Below, piece by piece: positions 49,562-58,673 of a DNA stretch of 64,000 nucleotides (positions are counted from its first letter, which is position 1; the number at the start of each line of letters is the position of its first letter). The notes below the pieces were generated by a model. That model did not search any database, was not told where the DNA came from, and worked only from the letters and a program-made list of their open reading frames with translations. The DNA is from an uncultured Verrucomicrobiae bacterium. Lineage in GTDB: Bacteria; Verrucomicrobiota; Verrucomicrobiia; Palsa-1439. The DNA lies in the NCBI GenBank assembly GCA_963712025.1, contig CAVQGJ010000002.1:131005-195004 (forward strand), in the 5' to 3' direction. The position numbers and the translations under genes are program-made.

Positions 49562-50713
49562 TCACGGGCGAGCTTGCAGTTGCGCGAGCGCGCTCCGTGC
49601 TTGAGTGAAATCGGGCTTGATCCGTAGCGCCTGTTCCAAGTGCCCGATCCCTTCGGCTGTCCTCCCCGCCTGGCCCAAAGCGATCCCCAGATTGTAGTGC
49701 GCTTCGGCATAATCGGGCTTGATCCGCAGGACCTGCTCGAAGTGGGCGATGGCTTCCTCGATCCTTCCCGTTTGTGCCAACGCGATCCCCAGATTGTAGT
49801 GCGCCTCGGCGAAATCGGGCCTGATCCGCAACGCTTGCTCGTAATGCTGGATGGCTTCCTCAAGCTTTCCCGTTTGCGCCAACGCGATCCCCAGATTGTA
49901 GTGCGCCTCGGCGAAATCGGGCTTGATCCGTAGCGCCTGCTCGTCGTGCTGGATGGCTTCCTCGAGCTTTCCCGTTCGTGTCAAAACCGCTCCCAGATCG
50001 GTGTGCGCTTCGGCGTAATCGGGTTTGATTCGTAGCGCCTGTTCCAAGTGCTCGATCCCTTCCGTTATCCTCCCGGCCCGGCCCAAAGCGATACCCAGAT
50101 CGTAGTGCGCTTCGGCGAGATTGGGCTTGAGCCGTAGCGCCTGCTCGTAGTGCTGGATGGCTTCCTCGAGCTTTCCCGTTTTTGCCAACGCGATCCCCAG
50201 ATTGTCGTGCGCCTCGGCGAAATCGGGCTTGAGCCGCAGCGCCTGCTCGTAGTGCTGGATGGCTTCCTCGAGCTTTCCCGTTTGCGCCAACGCGATCCCC
50301 AGATTGTAGTGCGCGTCGGCGTAATCGGGATTAATCCGCAGGGCCTGCTCGTCGTGCTGGATCGCTTCCTCAATCTTTCCCGTTTGCGCCAAAGCCGCTC
50401 CCAGATCAGCGTGCGTTTCGGCGTAATCGGGATGAATCCGTAGCGCCTGCTCGTAGTGGCCGATGGCTTCCTCAATCTTCCCCATTCGCGCCAAAGCCGC
50501 TCCCAGATCGGCGTGCCCTTCGGCGTAATCGGGATGAATCTGTAGCGCTTGCTCGAAGTGGCCGATGGCTTCCTCGATCTTTCCCATTTGCAACAAAGCC
50601 ACCCCCATCTCGATGTGCGCCTCGGCGTAATCGGGATTAATCCGTAGCGCCCGCTGGTAGTGTTCGACCGCCTCTGAGACTTTGCCCGCCTGGAACAATT
50701 GATAGCCCAAGCC
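49562..50713 (-). repeat. in-frame tandem TPR units (about 11 x 102 bp) of paralog D
   Basis: AI.HYEQALRI.PD.AEAH.(N/D)LG.AL...GK.EEA units. Confidence 0.8.
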
Positions 50714-52115
50714 GGTCTGTACCTCGGCATGACGTTCAACGCCCGCCAGCAGGTTAAACGCCACCGAGAAGCCCAACAGCAGACCCCATCCCCAGTGCAG
50801 CGCACGCCGCCGACCCGGCCGGTCAGCCAGCCCCGACTTCGACGTCGGGGCCAGTGCGCGCTCCAATCCGAGGATGCCAATCACGGCCAACAGCAGCAGT
50901 GACGGCAGGAAGTCCACCTCATAGCGGGCAGACGAATCGTAGAAGAGGCCCAAGGTCAAAATGCAGATCGCCGAAAGCAGGGCCACCGACGTTACAAACA
51001 ACCGCAAGACCCGACCCGCCGGTTCCGATCGATCCCGCCACGCCAGCGGCGCCGCCAGCGCCAGCCACACCAGCGGGATGTTCGTCAGGATGCCGAAGGG
51101 TATCCTCGGCCCCAGCGTAACCCGCTGGTGGGGGTGGCATGGCGATTCCCTGCACGAAAGGAGTGCGAGCCGTCCAGCGCACCGGCTCCAGAGAATACAC
51201 CCGGAAATTGAACCAGAGATAGCGAAGACTGAAGTGTTGCCCCGTGTCCATGCGGCACCTCGGCGTGCAACTGGTAATGCCACCCGAATTCGAACGGATT
51301 GCCGAAGCGCAGCGCATTGTAAAGCATCAACCCCAACCCGATGAGTAGGATCGGGATGGTCGCCGCGAGGACTGGAGCGCCCATCTGACGTCCCTCACGC
51401 CGTGCTTGCGCCACGGGCGTCAGCAGGATGACCGCGCCGAACAGCAACGAGGGCCGCGCCCCCACCGCCAGCCCGTAGGCCACACTTGCCGCCACCAGCC
51501 ACCGGTACCTCCGCTCCGGCTCGTGCAACGCGCACCAGACCGCCCCCAGCGCCAGCATCGTCAGCATATAGCCGCAACTGATCGGCACTTCCCATACATC
51601 GGACTGCGACAGCAGCACCGGTACGCCCGTCGCCAAGCCGAGCGCCAGCGCGCAGGCCAGCGACCACCCACACGCTCACCTCGGAGAAGTAGCGCCGCCA
51701 CAACCCACGCAGCAGGCCCACACTGGCCAGAAACCCCACGGCACAGAAGATCGCCACTGCCTGCCGGTGAAACAGGTAGTGACCGGTCAGCGCGGCGAAT
51801 GGCCAGAATAATATCAACGCGGGCGTAACTCCAAAATAAAGATAGAGCCGGCCCTTGTAGTAACTGAGGTTGAGCACCCCGGAATGTCGAACAGACGAGG
51901 GCAGAACGCGCGGGTTAGCGGGTTCCACGAGTACGGGCGGCACCTCTTTTTTCACGCTGAGTTGGCCGGCGCGAAAGCCCTGTACCAACAAATTGTAGTA
52001 AGAGTCCGCCGCATTCGAACTCCCCAGTTCGAGCACCCCCGGTTGGACCACAGACTGCGTATACCCCGATGACCAGCGCGCACACGGCGGCCAATGGGAT
52101 CCATGCGGTTTTCAT
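49562..52115 (-). pseudogene. membrane-TPR paralog D, broken into at least 5 frames (about 4 frame changes)
   Basis: Pieces 51915..52115, 51395..52051, 51085..51636, 50919..51317 and 49562..51283 are colinear with paralog C. Changes lie near 52045-52060, 51645-51660, 51255-51275 and 51100-51125. Has about 11 TPR units. Confidence 0.7.
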
Positions 52116-52230
52116 CGTCCCCGCGAGCCCTTCGTCACGATCCTTCCGTCATTCGGCTGAATAAGCTCCACCCGTCTGTCAAACGTCAAGTCGAGAATTG
52201 GCAATTGGGCCCGCCTTCCCGCTGTGGACG
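52116..52230 (-). promoter_or_regulatory. conserved 5' leader/promoter region of paralog D (copy of 49372..49486)
   Basis: See 49372..49486. Confidence 0.35.
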
Positions 52231-52317
52231 GTTTGCTGACCCGGCGGCTTCAGATTCCGGGCCGGATCAGGATGATCGGCGGCGTAATCGCAGAGCCGCC
52301 AGATGGGAACAGCCGGG

Positions 52318-52716
52318 CTAATGGCTCCATGGATGAGTAATCTTAAGAATGACAGCCAGTATCCACACCAGGATTCCGAAGGCGCCAATAACGATGGCGG
52401 CGATTGCCTTGCCTGAGCCGGTCAGATGGGGATTATAGGCCATTATTTCCCTCGCCTTAAGCGCCTTGTAAATGGCGACTGCCCCAACGACGAAACCAAA
52501 GAAGAAAACGCCTGTAATAGCGCATTTTAACGCTTCGTCTGCCATCTCGCACGGCCGCGGCGTTATCACAGCCGGGTGCTCCTTCCTCGCCGCTGGCACG
52601 CACGCGCTGCAGTATCGCTTGCCCGCAATCACCAGCAAGCAAAAGGCGCAATACGGCTGGCCACACCTTGCACAATTGTCAAGGGCCGATGCGTCTGGAT
52701 GGTTCTTGCATTGCAT
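52318..52716 (-). CDS. membrane protein with N-terminal B-box-like zinc ribbon and two C-terminal TM helices (DUF4190-like)
   Basis: MQCKNHPDASALDNCARCGQPYCAFCL..CSAC, then hydrophobic segments ITGVFFFGFVVGAVAIY and AIAAIVIGAFGILVWILAVIL. Confidence 0.55.
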   Translation of the reverse strand: MQCKNHPDASALDNCARCGQPYCAFCLLVIAGKRYCSACVPAARKEHPAVITPRPCEMADEALKCAITGVFFFGFVVGAVAIYKALKAREIMAYNPHLTGSGKAIAAIVIGAFGILVWILAVILKITHPWSH

Positions 52717-52951
52717 ACTCAGGCTCCTTCGAGGAGCTTCATTCGTGACGGTGACAGATGGGCCCGGCCATCAAACTATATTGGTAAAGTTGGCTCCCCG
52801 CAATACTTGAAAGAAAGAACCTTTCGAGTGGCATTTGAATTGGGCCTTTCCGGTGCTCGGAAGCCACGTTGAATGAACTTGGCGTTTTGCTCGCAATTAA
52901 CTCGCGCGAGGGGATTTCGGTGGATTCAGAAGGGCGTTCCTGCCTGACACG

Positions 52952-53013
52952 GCTTCGTAAAATTCGATTTGCGCCACGCGCTTGACGCGGCGCGACAGGG
53001 TTGGACGTTGGAA
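52952..53013. repeat. 62-nt intergenic repeat, copy 1
   Basis: gcttcgtaaaattcgatttgcgccacgcgcttgacgcggcgcgacagggttggacgttggaaa aligns with 54731..54793 in the same orientation. Confidence 0.6.
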
Positions 53014-53078
53014 ACAATCACCACCGGAACCAAAGGCGCACTTCTGTCAGAGAGGAAAAGTTGATTCGCTGGTGAACT

Positions 53079-53573
53079 TCAGAAGTCACGATTGAGTTTG
53101 TCGAGGCGCTCCTTCTCAGAGGCTTGTCTTGCGGCTTCGAGGTCTTTTACGGCCTGATCGTGCGCCTTCTGCCAGTGAGTGTAAGTGAAGGTAACGCCGC
53201 CGTTATAGCGACTGCCAATCTTCGCAGTGGCCAGCCCGTCGTGCCGCACGTAATCATCCGCTCCTCCGCCTTCAAAGTGCGCCCAAGCAGAAGCACCACC
53301 GTTTGCTTTGAAAAAGATGTCGATTTGATCCTGTGTCAAATTGCCAAAAACTGCGTACTCGATCCGCACACACTTTCCTTTCACGAATTCTGCGCTGACG
53401 CGGATGTCATCTTTCCGGTAGCCAATGGTCTTATCAGAACCGGGAGTAGGAACTTCGGCAAGTCGTGGTTTACCGTACCGCGCTTCGCACTGTTGCTCTG
53501 TGGCGTCGAGCCAGGCCTGCGTTCTCACCGCCGAACACGCCAATATGACCGTAATCAACAGTGTGCGTTTCAT
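53079..53573 (-). CDS. secreted hypothetical protein
   Basis: From ATG 53573: signal peptide MKRTLLITVILACSAVRTQA, 164 aa, no family recognised. The track ORF start at 53837 is an extension. Confidence 0.5.
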   Translation of the reverse strand: MKRTLLITVILACSAVRTQAWLDATEQQCEARYGKPRLAEVPTPGSDKTIGYRKDDIRVSAEFVKGKCVRIEYAVFGNLTQDQIDIFFKANGGASAWAHFEGGGADDYVRHDGLATAKIGSRYNGGVTFTYTHWQKAHDQAVKDLEAARQASEKERLDKLNRDF

Positions 53574-53871
53574 GGCTGCGTAGGTTAGCAGGCCAAAGCA
53601 AACCGGGCAAGCGCGGTTCGTTCGCGCAAGACTGTTTGACACTGTCCCGTGTCCCGCGCTACACGATGCTCCATGACCAGTTACTACGGCTCCGATGGCC
53701 ACGGAATGTTGCCGCGCGGTTCCCCGATGTTCAATCTCGGTGACGGTGGACGGGCGCGCATCGCAGCAGTGACGCGAACGTGGAAGGACGACCGCGCCGC
53801 CGAATTGCGGCGACGGGGTTATGGCGTGCTGCTGCAAATTGTCTTCCCGCGACCGTTGCGGATCGTATCTA

Positions 53872-54551
53872 TTACGCCTTAATCGGCGCGATGTTGCTCG
53901 CCTTGTCCACGGCTGGCGAATTGACTTCCCGCGACACCGGGTAGAACTCCATTTCTTCGGGCGGATACTGTCTCAGCAGCGGCAACAACTTCTCAGGCTC
54001 TTGCGTTTTCGGGTCCAACCAAAGCGCCTCAGCATCCCGCGTCAAAATCACCGGCATCCTATCGTGAACGGTTTTCAGCAGCTCGTTGGCTTCCGTGGTA
54101 ACAATGGTGCAACTCAGCACTTCCTCACCCTCTGGCGACTTCCAATGCTCCCACAGGCCCGCAAACCCGAACGGCTCGCGTGACTTCAACACGATTCGCA
54201 CCGGCTGCTTCACCTTGCCGAGTTTCTGCCACTCGTAAAACCCGTCCGCCGGGATGATGCAGCGCCGTTTCTTCAGCGCGGCGCGGAAGGCGGGCTTCTC
54301 TGCCAACGTCTCGACGCGGGCGTTAATCATCCGGTTGCCGATACCGGGATCTTTCGCCCAGGACGGAATCAGTCCCCAAAGCATCTGCTTCATGTACCGC
54401 TTGCCGTCGTCACCAACCACGATCACCGCTTGCGTTGGGGCGATGTTGTAGCGGGCGGTGCACGCGTGGCCGATTCATCCGGCGGCATCGGTGCGCCGAA
54501 ACGGTCAGCCACTTTCTTCAAGTCAGCGGTTAGGGTGTAGCGGCCACACAT
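53872..54551 (-). pseudogene. SOS-response-associated peptidase (SRAP/YedK, DUF159) with an apparent frame change near 54465-54475
   Basis: ATG 54551 encodes MCGRYTLTADLKKVADRFGAP.. (catalytic Cys2 N-terminus). After ..gcaccgcccgctac.. the frame shifts to RYNIAPTQAVIVV.., which joins ORF 53872..54426 (WGLIPSW..NARVETL..GFYEW). Confidence 0.8.
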
Positions 54552-54730
54552 ACCGCAATGACAATAGCGGGACGTGCGCTCAACCGCAACGCCAAGTCAG
54601 GAGTCGGCAATTACAGGGGACTACGCCGATTGTCACTGCCCTGTATGCCCTCCAGTGCGCCGACGGTGAGGACGTGAACACAGGTGTTCCTTCCGAAAAC
54701 GCCTCTCATAGCCCGTTGCGGATGAAAACA

Positions 54731-54793
54731 GCTTCGTAAAACTCGATTTGCGCCACGATCTCGACGCGGCGCGATAGGCTGGACGTTGGAAAA
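54731..54793. repeat. 62-nt intergenic repeat, copy 2
   Basis: See 52952..53013. Confidence 0.6.
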
Positions 54794-54928
54794 CTCAGCG
54801 CCCGGATATCGTGTCCGCCTTCGGTCAGCGGTGAGAAACAACAAGCGTTAACGCGGTTGACGCGCTTCGATTGCGAATTGCCTTTGCTTCCGTGCTGCCC
54901 TCTAATTATCGCTTCGCGGAATGATCTT

Positions 54929-57357
54929 CTACGGATACTTTAGGGATTGGCCCAAGACTTTGCCCTTAAGCGTGACCAAATTCATTCCCGTGCCATCAGC
55001 GGTGAGTGACAGACTCGTTCCGTGGGCGTCACCCTCGCCGACCAATTTCAGCTTGGATAACTGGCTTCTTGTATTGTAGCTGCCGACAATCTGGTATGTG
55101 AGGACACGACCGTTGGACAGAGTTAAAGTGCCGGTGCCCGTCCGCTTGCTGCCATTAGCAGCAACGCTAATATCCAGTTCCCAGTCTCCGTCCATACCCG
55201 CTGGCAGTGGCAATGAAACGCCTCCGGTCTGCGTCACGCATTTACGACCGACAATGCATTGCTTGTCTGAGTCGCTAAAGAACACTGTCAATGAGGATGG
55301 GACGATTGTTGCAGTTTCCTTTATGCTGTAGGTTCCTGCGATGTCTACGCCACCCTCTACACCCGTTATCACTCCGGTATACTTCACGTTGGCACCGACA
55401 ACCCCAGCCCTTACGAAAGCGGTTCCCGTTATTGGCCCGCTTTCTTCGACGTAATCCGCGCCGTCCACATCCGTTAGGGTTCGCAGCCGGTAATCTTCCC
55501 GTTGGCTTGCTGTTGAAAATCCCCTATCACCACATCGTTGGAATCAACAGTGCTGTTCGTGTAGATGCCGCTCATATCCCACAGCGGCGTGTTCGTGAAG
55601 GCGTAACGTGTTGCCAATAGTGCGTTGATTAAATACTTCCGGTTGGTGTGCCCCAACCCGTGCAGAGATCGTAGCCCGCAGTGGCGGAAAACTGGGAGGG
55701 ACTGTAATAGGTTTCGTTTTTGCCGCTGATGATGTCATGGAAGCAAGCGGTATACGTCACCCCTTTGCCGATCGAGTAGATCGCGGGATTGATAAAGCCA
55801 ACCGCTGGATGGTCATTGGCCTCAGCTTGCTGATTGACCAGCGCCGTAAATCCCGCCCACAACGGCGCGGCACAACTGGTGCCCGACTGCTGAGATCGTT
55901 GAGCCGTTATCGTAAATCACGTAGATGCCGTCTGCAACCATCGCGACATCTGGAACATTGCGCATGGAAGTCGAACCTTGATTGAGTGTCATGTCGATTC
56001 CTTGTTGCCAAGAGGGCATCGTGTAATTGGTGCTGATTCCGCCGCCACTGGCACACTTCGTGTCGCACGGTGCGGTGCCGGTGCATTGGTTCCAAACGGT
56101 TTCCGCAAACCAAGCTTCCTCCTGGCACAGTTGTTGTCAAGGTTGTACCGCCGACCAGTGTGGCGTATGGGCTGTCCGCTTGTGCTTGGCTTGGACAGAG
56201 AGAGGTGTACGCTCCATTGTCCCCAGAAGATTGGAAAAAAGATTGTCCTTGGGCTGCATACTGCTGATAAATCTGCTCTATCGTCGCCTCCATAGCGTAA
56301 GTCCATGATGAACTGATTTGCGAGGCCAGATTGTCCACCGCGATTTGGTTCAAAATGTCGTCCGTATTGCTGTCAGCGGGAGCTTCATAAACGAGCACTT
56401 CTGATAGCCCCGGTGCCATTGCGATTGCCATCTCAATATCCAAAGGCTCCTCACTATCGCTGTCCGTGGCAGGATTGTCGGTGAAGCCATCGACTATCAC
56501 ATTCGTCAGCTTGACGTTTGGCAGATTCGCCAGATTTTCATATTGCGTGATGTCATTTGTGTAGTAGCCACCAAACTCTACGAGCGCGAGTGCCTGCCCA
56601 GCTCCCGTGAGAGACACACCCGGTGCATAGGCAGCCCGGAAATCGTACCCCAAGTAAGAACCAGATGGTCCCGAACCGGTGGCTGGGGCCATATTCGCCG
56701 TCTTGTTTTGAGAGCCGACCCTAATAGTCAAAGGGATGCGGCAGTATGTAGTTGTCCAGCCCGGAGATGTGCAAAATCGGAACTATTTTGTCAAGCGACG
56801 GTTCGATATCCGGTGCGTAGAACTCGCGGGATTCCGTCGGGTGTTGGTACGTGAGAAGCGTCACACGGAAAGTCCGCTCGATTTCCGCTACTGACCCGCG
56901 CACGTCTACCAACGTGCGATTAGAGTGCGTTCCGGTGACGGTGAACCCGTTCGCCTTTGCGAACCCAATGACAGCTTGGTAGTCTTGTTCCGTCGGCCCA
57001 AATTTCGCTAGCGAATTCGTCGGGCGTCAACCAGTGATGGTACTGAGGGCTTGCTGGCGCATATTGCTGTTGCAGCAAATTGGTGAGTGCTTCCTGATTG
57101 CGCAGCGGTAGTCCAATCACCAAATCCAAATTTGTCGAACTCTCAAGCCTGCCCACAGGCTGCAAGTTTAACTCCGAAACCGCCCTTACGACGTGGCCGC
57201 GTAAAACCTGTCTTTCCGCCGCACGCGCGTTCGCAATCAGTACTAGCAACAACATCGCCCAGACTCCCGCAAGAATAACTCTGGATGATAGCCGATGAGA
57301 GGTTGTCATAAATGTTCCACCGTTTACTGTGAGGATAATTGTGACGGAGTTTTTCAT
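54929..57357 (-). pseudogene. S53 (sedolisin/kumamolisin-like) serine peptidase with C-terminal extension, fragmented by about 6 frame changes
   Basis: Colinear pieces: signal plus prodomain (56920..57465, 56721..56912), catalytic region (55907..56731 with EPLDIEMA, SSGDNGA; 55822..56019; 55629..55862 with GTSCAAP-like ..GHQLCRA / WAGFTALVNQ..GWGTPTG), and the C-terminal part (55474..55656, 54929..55468). Confidence 0.7.
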
Positions 57358-57575
57358 GGCTCTTGGGCCGGTCCTTTCCAGCGGAACTTCATCACGGAAA
57401 CAGAAGGGGCGCGAACCTAACGCGCCCCCGTCTGAGGCACCGCGAAGCGCCTTGGAGAGAAGCAACGATAAGCCGCGCCCGGTTGGGCGCGTGCTCGGTC
57501 GGTTCTCTCCATAAAAATTAGCGGTTTTCAGACGAGACCGTAGCCGAAGCTACGCTAAATAGTTTTTAGATTTCC

Positions 57576-58061
57576 CTATGCGATAGTTTTTCTCCCAGTT
57601 GCCGCCAGTCTATGACGCTGCCTAGTTAAAGGCAAGGCGCGTGCTTTCCTGCGATTCAAGTTTATTAGGTGCTCAGAAAAATTTGCAGTCGCGTCTCGAT
57701 TTCTGCGATTTCTTTTTTGAATCGCTTTTTCCGCCAGCGCCATGCTGCCGTCGCCCGTGAGAAATTCCATCAAGCCTTGTTTGTTTTGAACTTCCGCCAG
57801 TTTTGCCTTTAATTCTGCGAGTCGGTTTATCTGCGCGAGTAGATTTGCGACTCCCCCCTGTGCATTAGAAAAATCTACCGTCAAGCCGCTGACAGATCGC
57901 AATAATTTATCGAGTCGAGCAATTCCACTTTCACGGCGGATGAAAACCTGTACGCCGCACGGATCGCAAATGAAGTAGGGCTTGCGGCGCTTGGATGTTC
58001 TTACTTCAAGCCCGTTGCCACACAAGAAACATGGAATCAGTCTCCCGGAATAATTTTTCAT
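57576..58061 (-). CDS. hypothetical zinc-ribbon + coiled-coil protein
   Basis: CFLCGNG..(18)..CDPCG four-Cys ribbon at the N-terminus, then the heptad-like AQINRLAELKAKLAEVQNKQ. No family recognised. Confidence 0.5.
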   Translation of the reverse strand: MKNYSGRLIPCFLCGNGLEVRTSKRRKPYFICDPCGVQVFIRRESGIARLDKLLRSVSGLTVDFSNAQGGVANLLAQINRLAELKAKLAEVQNKQGLMEFLTGDGSMALAEKAIQKRNRRNRDATANFSEHLINLNRRKARALPLTRQRHRLAATGRKTIA

Positions 58062-58072
58062 GCTGATTTTCT

Positions 58073-58093
58073 AACGTTACGTTACGTAACGTT
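58073..58093. promoter_or_regulatory. perfect 10+1+10 palindrome AACGTTACGT-T-ACGTAACGTT, candidate operator
   Basis: Located 12 nt upstream of the start codon (58061) of the zinc-ribbon gene. Confidence 0.4.
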
Positions 58094-58326
58094 GGCGGTT
58101 TCGGCGTGAACTCGCCCAAGGTTTTGAAGTTGTGGGCTCTGGTCTTTTCTGCGGTCAAAGTGTGGCTCACCCATGATTTACCCTCTCCCGTTGTGTTTGA
58201 TCTTTGTCCCCGCCCGTCCCTGTAAGCGACCGAGAGAGAACGACCTGCCGGGCGATGAGCCGAGCCAGTAGCCGCAAACCTCCCGATTCTTGCGGCAAAG
58301 GCGTGACAGGGCTGACGGCGACTCGC

Positions 58327-58551
58327 TCACCTGTCTTGGATGATTGAGAAAACGTCCTCAAACTGTACCCCATTCAGGGCTGCGAGAATCTTTGCCCTTG
58401 TCGCGGGCGACACGTTTCGATCCCCGCGAATCAGTTGGGATACGTGACCGCTTTTCAGGCCCGCGCCGCGAGCCAAGCCGTTCTGTGACATATTCCGAAC
58501 GGCAAGCAATCGCAGGAATGCCTTGCGTTTGATTTTGACTTTAACTGCCAT
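58327..58551 (-). CDS. small XRE-family HTH protein (Cro-like)
   Basis: From ATG 58551, preceded by AGGAGAA: MAVKVKIKRKAFLRLLAVRNMSQNGLARGAGLKSGHVSQLIRGDRNVS.. (HTH_3). Confidence 0.7.
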   Translation of the reverse strand: MAVKVKIKRKAFLRLLAVRNMSQNGLARGAGLKSGHVSQLIRGDRNVSPATRAKILAALNGVQFEDVFSIIQDR

Positions 58552-58627
58552 AAATTGTGTTCTCCTGTTAGCATATTGTTCACGGAAGCGTACAGCTAGG
58601 GAGCACTTGCAGTCAATGACATTGTGC

Positions 58628-58656
58628 TTGCAAGAATTAACACACTGTGCCATGAT
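58628..58656 (+). promoter_or_regulatory. candidate sigma-70-type promoter for the gene at 58674
   Basis: TTGCAA (58628-58633), a 17-nt spacer, CATGAT (58651-58656), then AGAGGTGA Shine-Dalgarno and ATG 58674. Confidence 0.35.
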
Positions 58657-58673
58657 GGAAGAGAGGTGAGACT

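Noticed and set aside
49368-49565. 65-aa and 69-aa ORFs (49368..49565 and 52179..52388) sharing the ending ..HSGKAGPIANSRLDV
   Set aside because: The shared peptide simply reflects the duplicated non-coding leader of paralogs C and D. There are no start or RBS features, and the remainder is not conserved.
43879-50713. Regular ~102-bp periodic repeats considered as a possible CRISPR-like or other non-coding array
   Set aside because: The units are in frame, translate to canonical 34-aa TPR motifs, have no repeat/spacer alternation, and lie inside long ORFs.
52322-52328. TGGCTCC shared with the 3' end of tRNA-Asn (61235-61241), considered as a possible att direct repeat marking the left island border
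   Set aside because: A 7-nt match is expected by chance, and serine recombinases do not generate long direct repeats. The left border therefore remains undefined.
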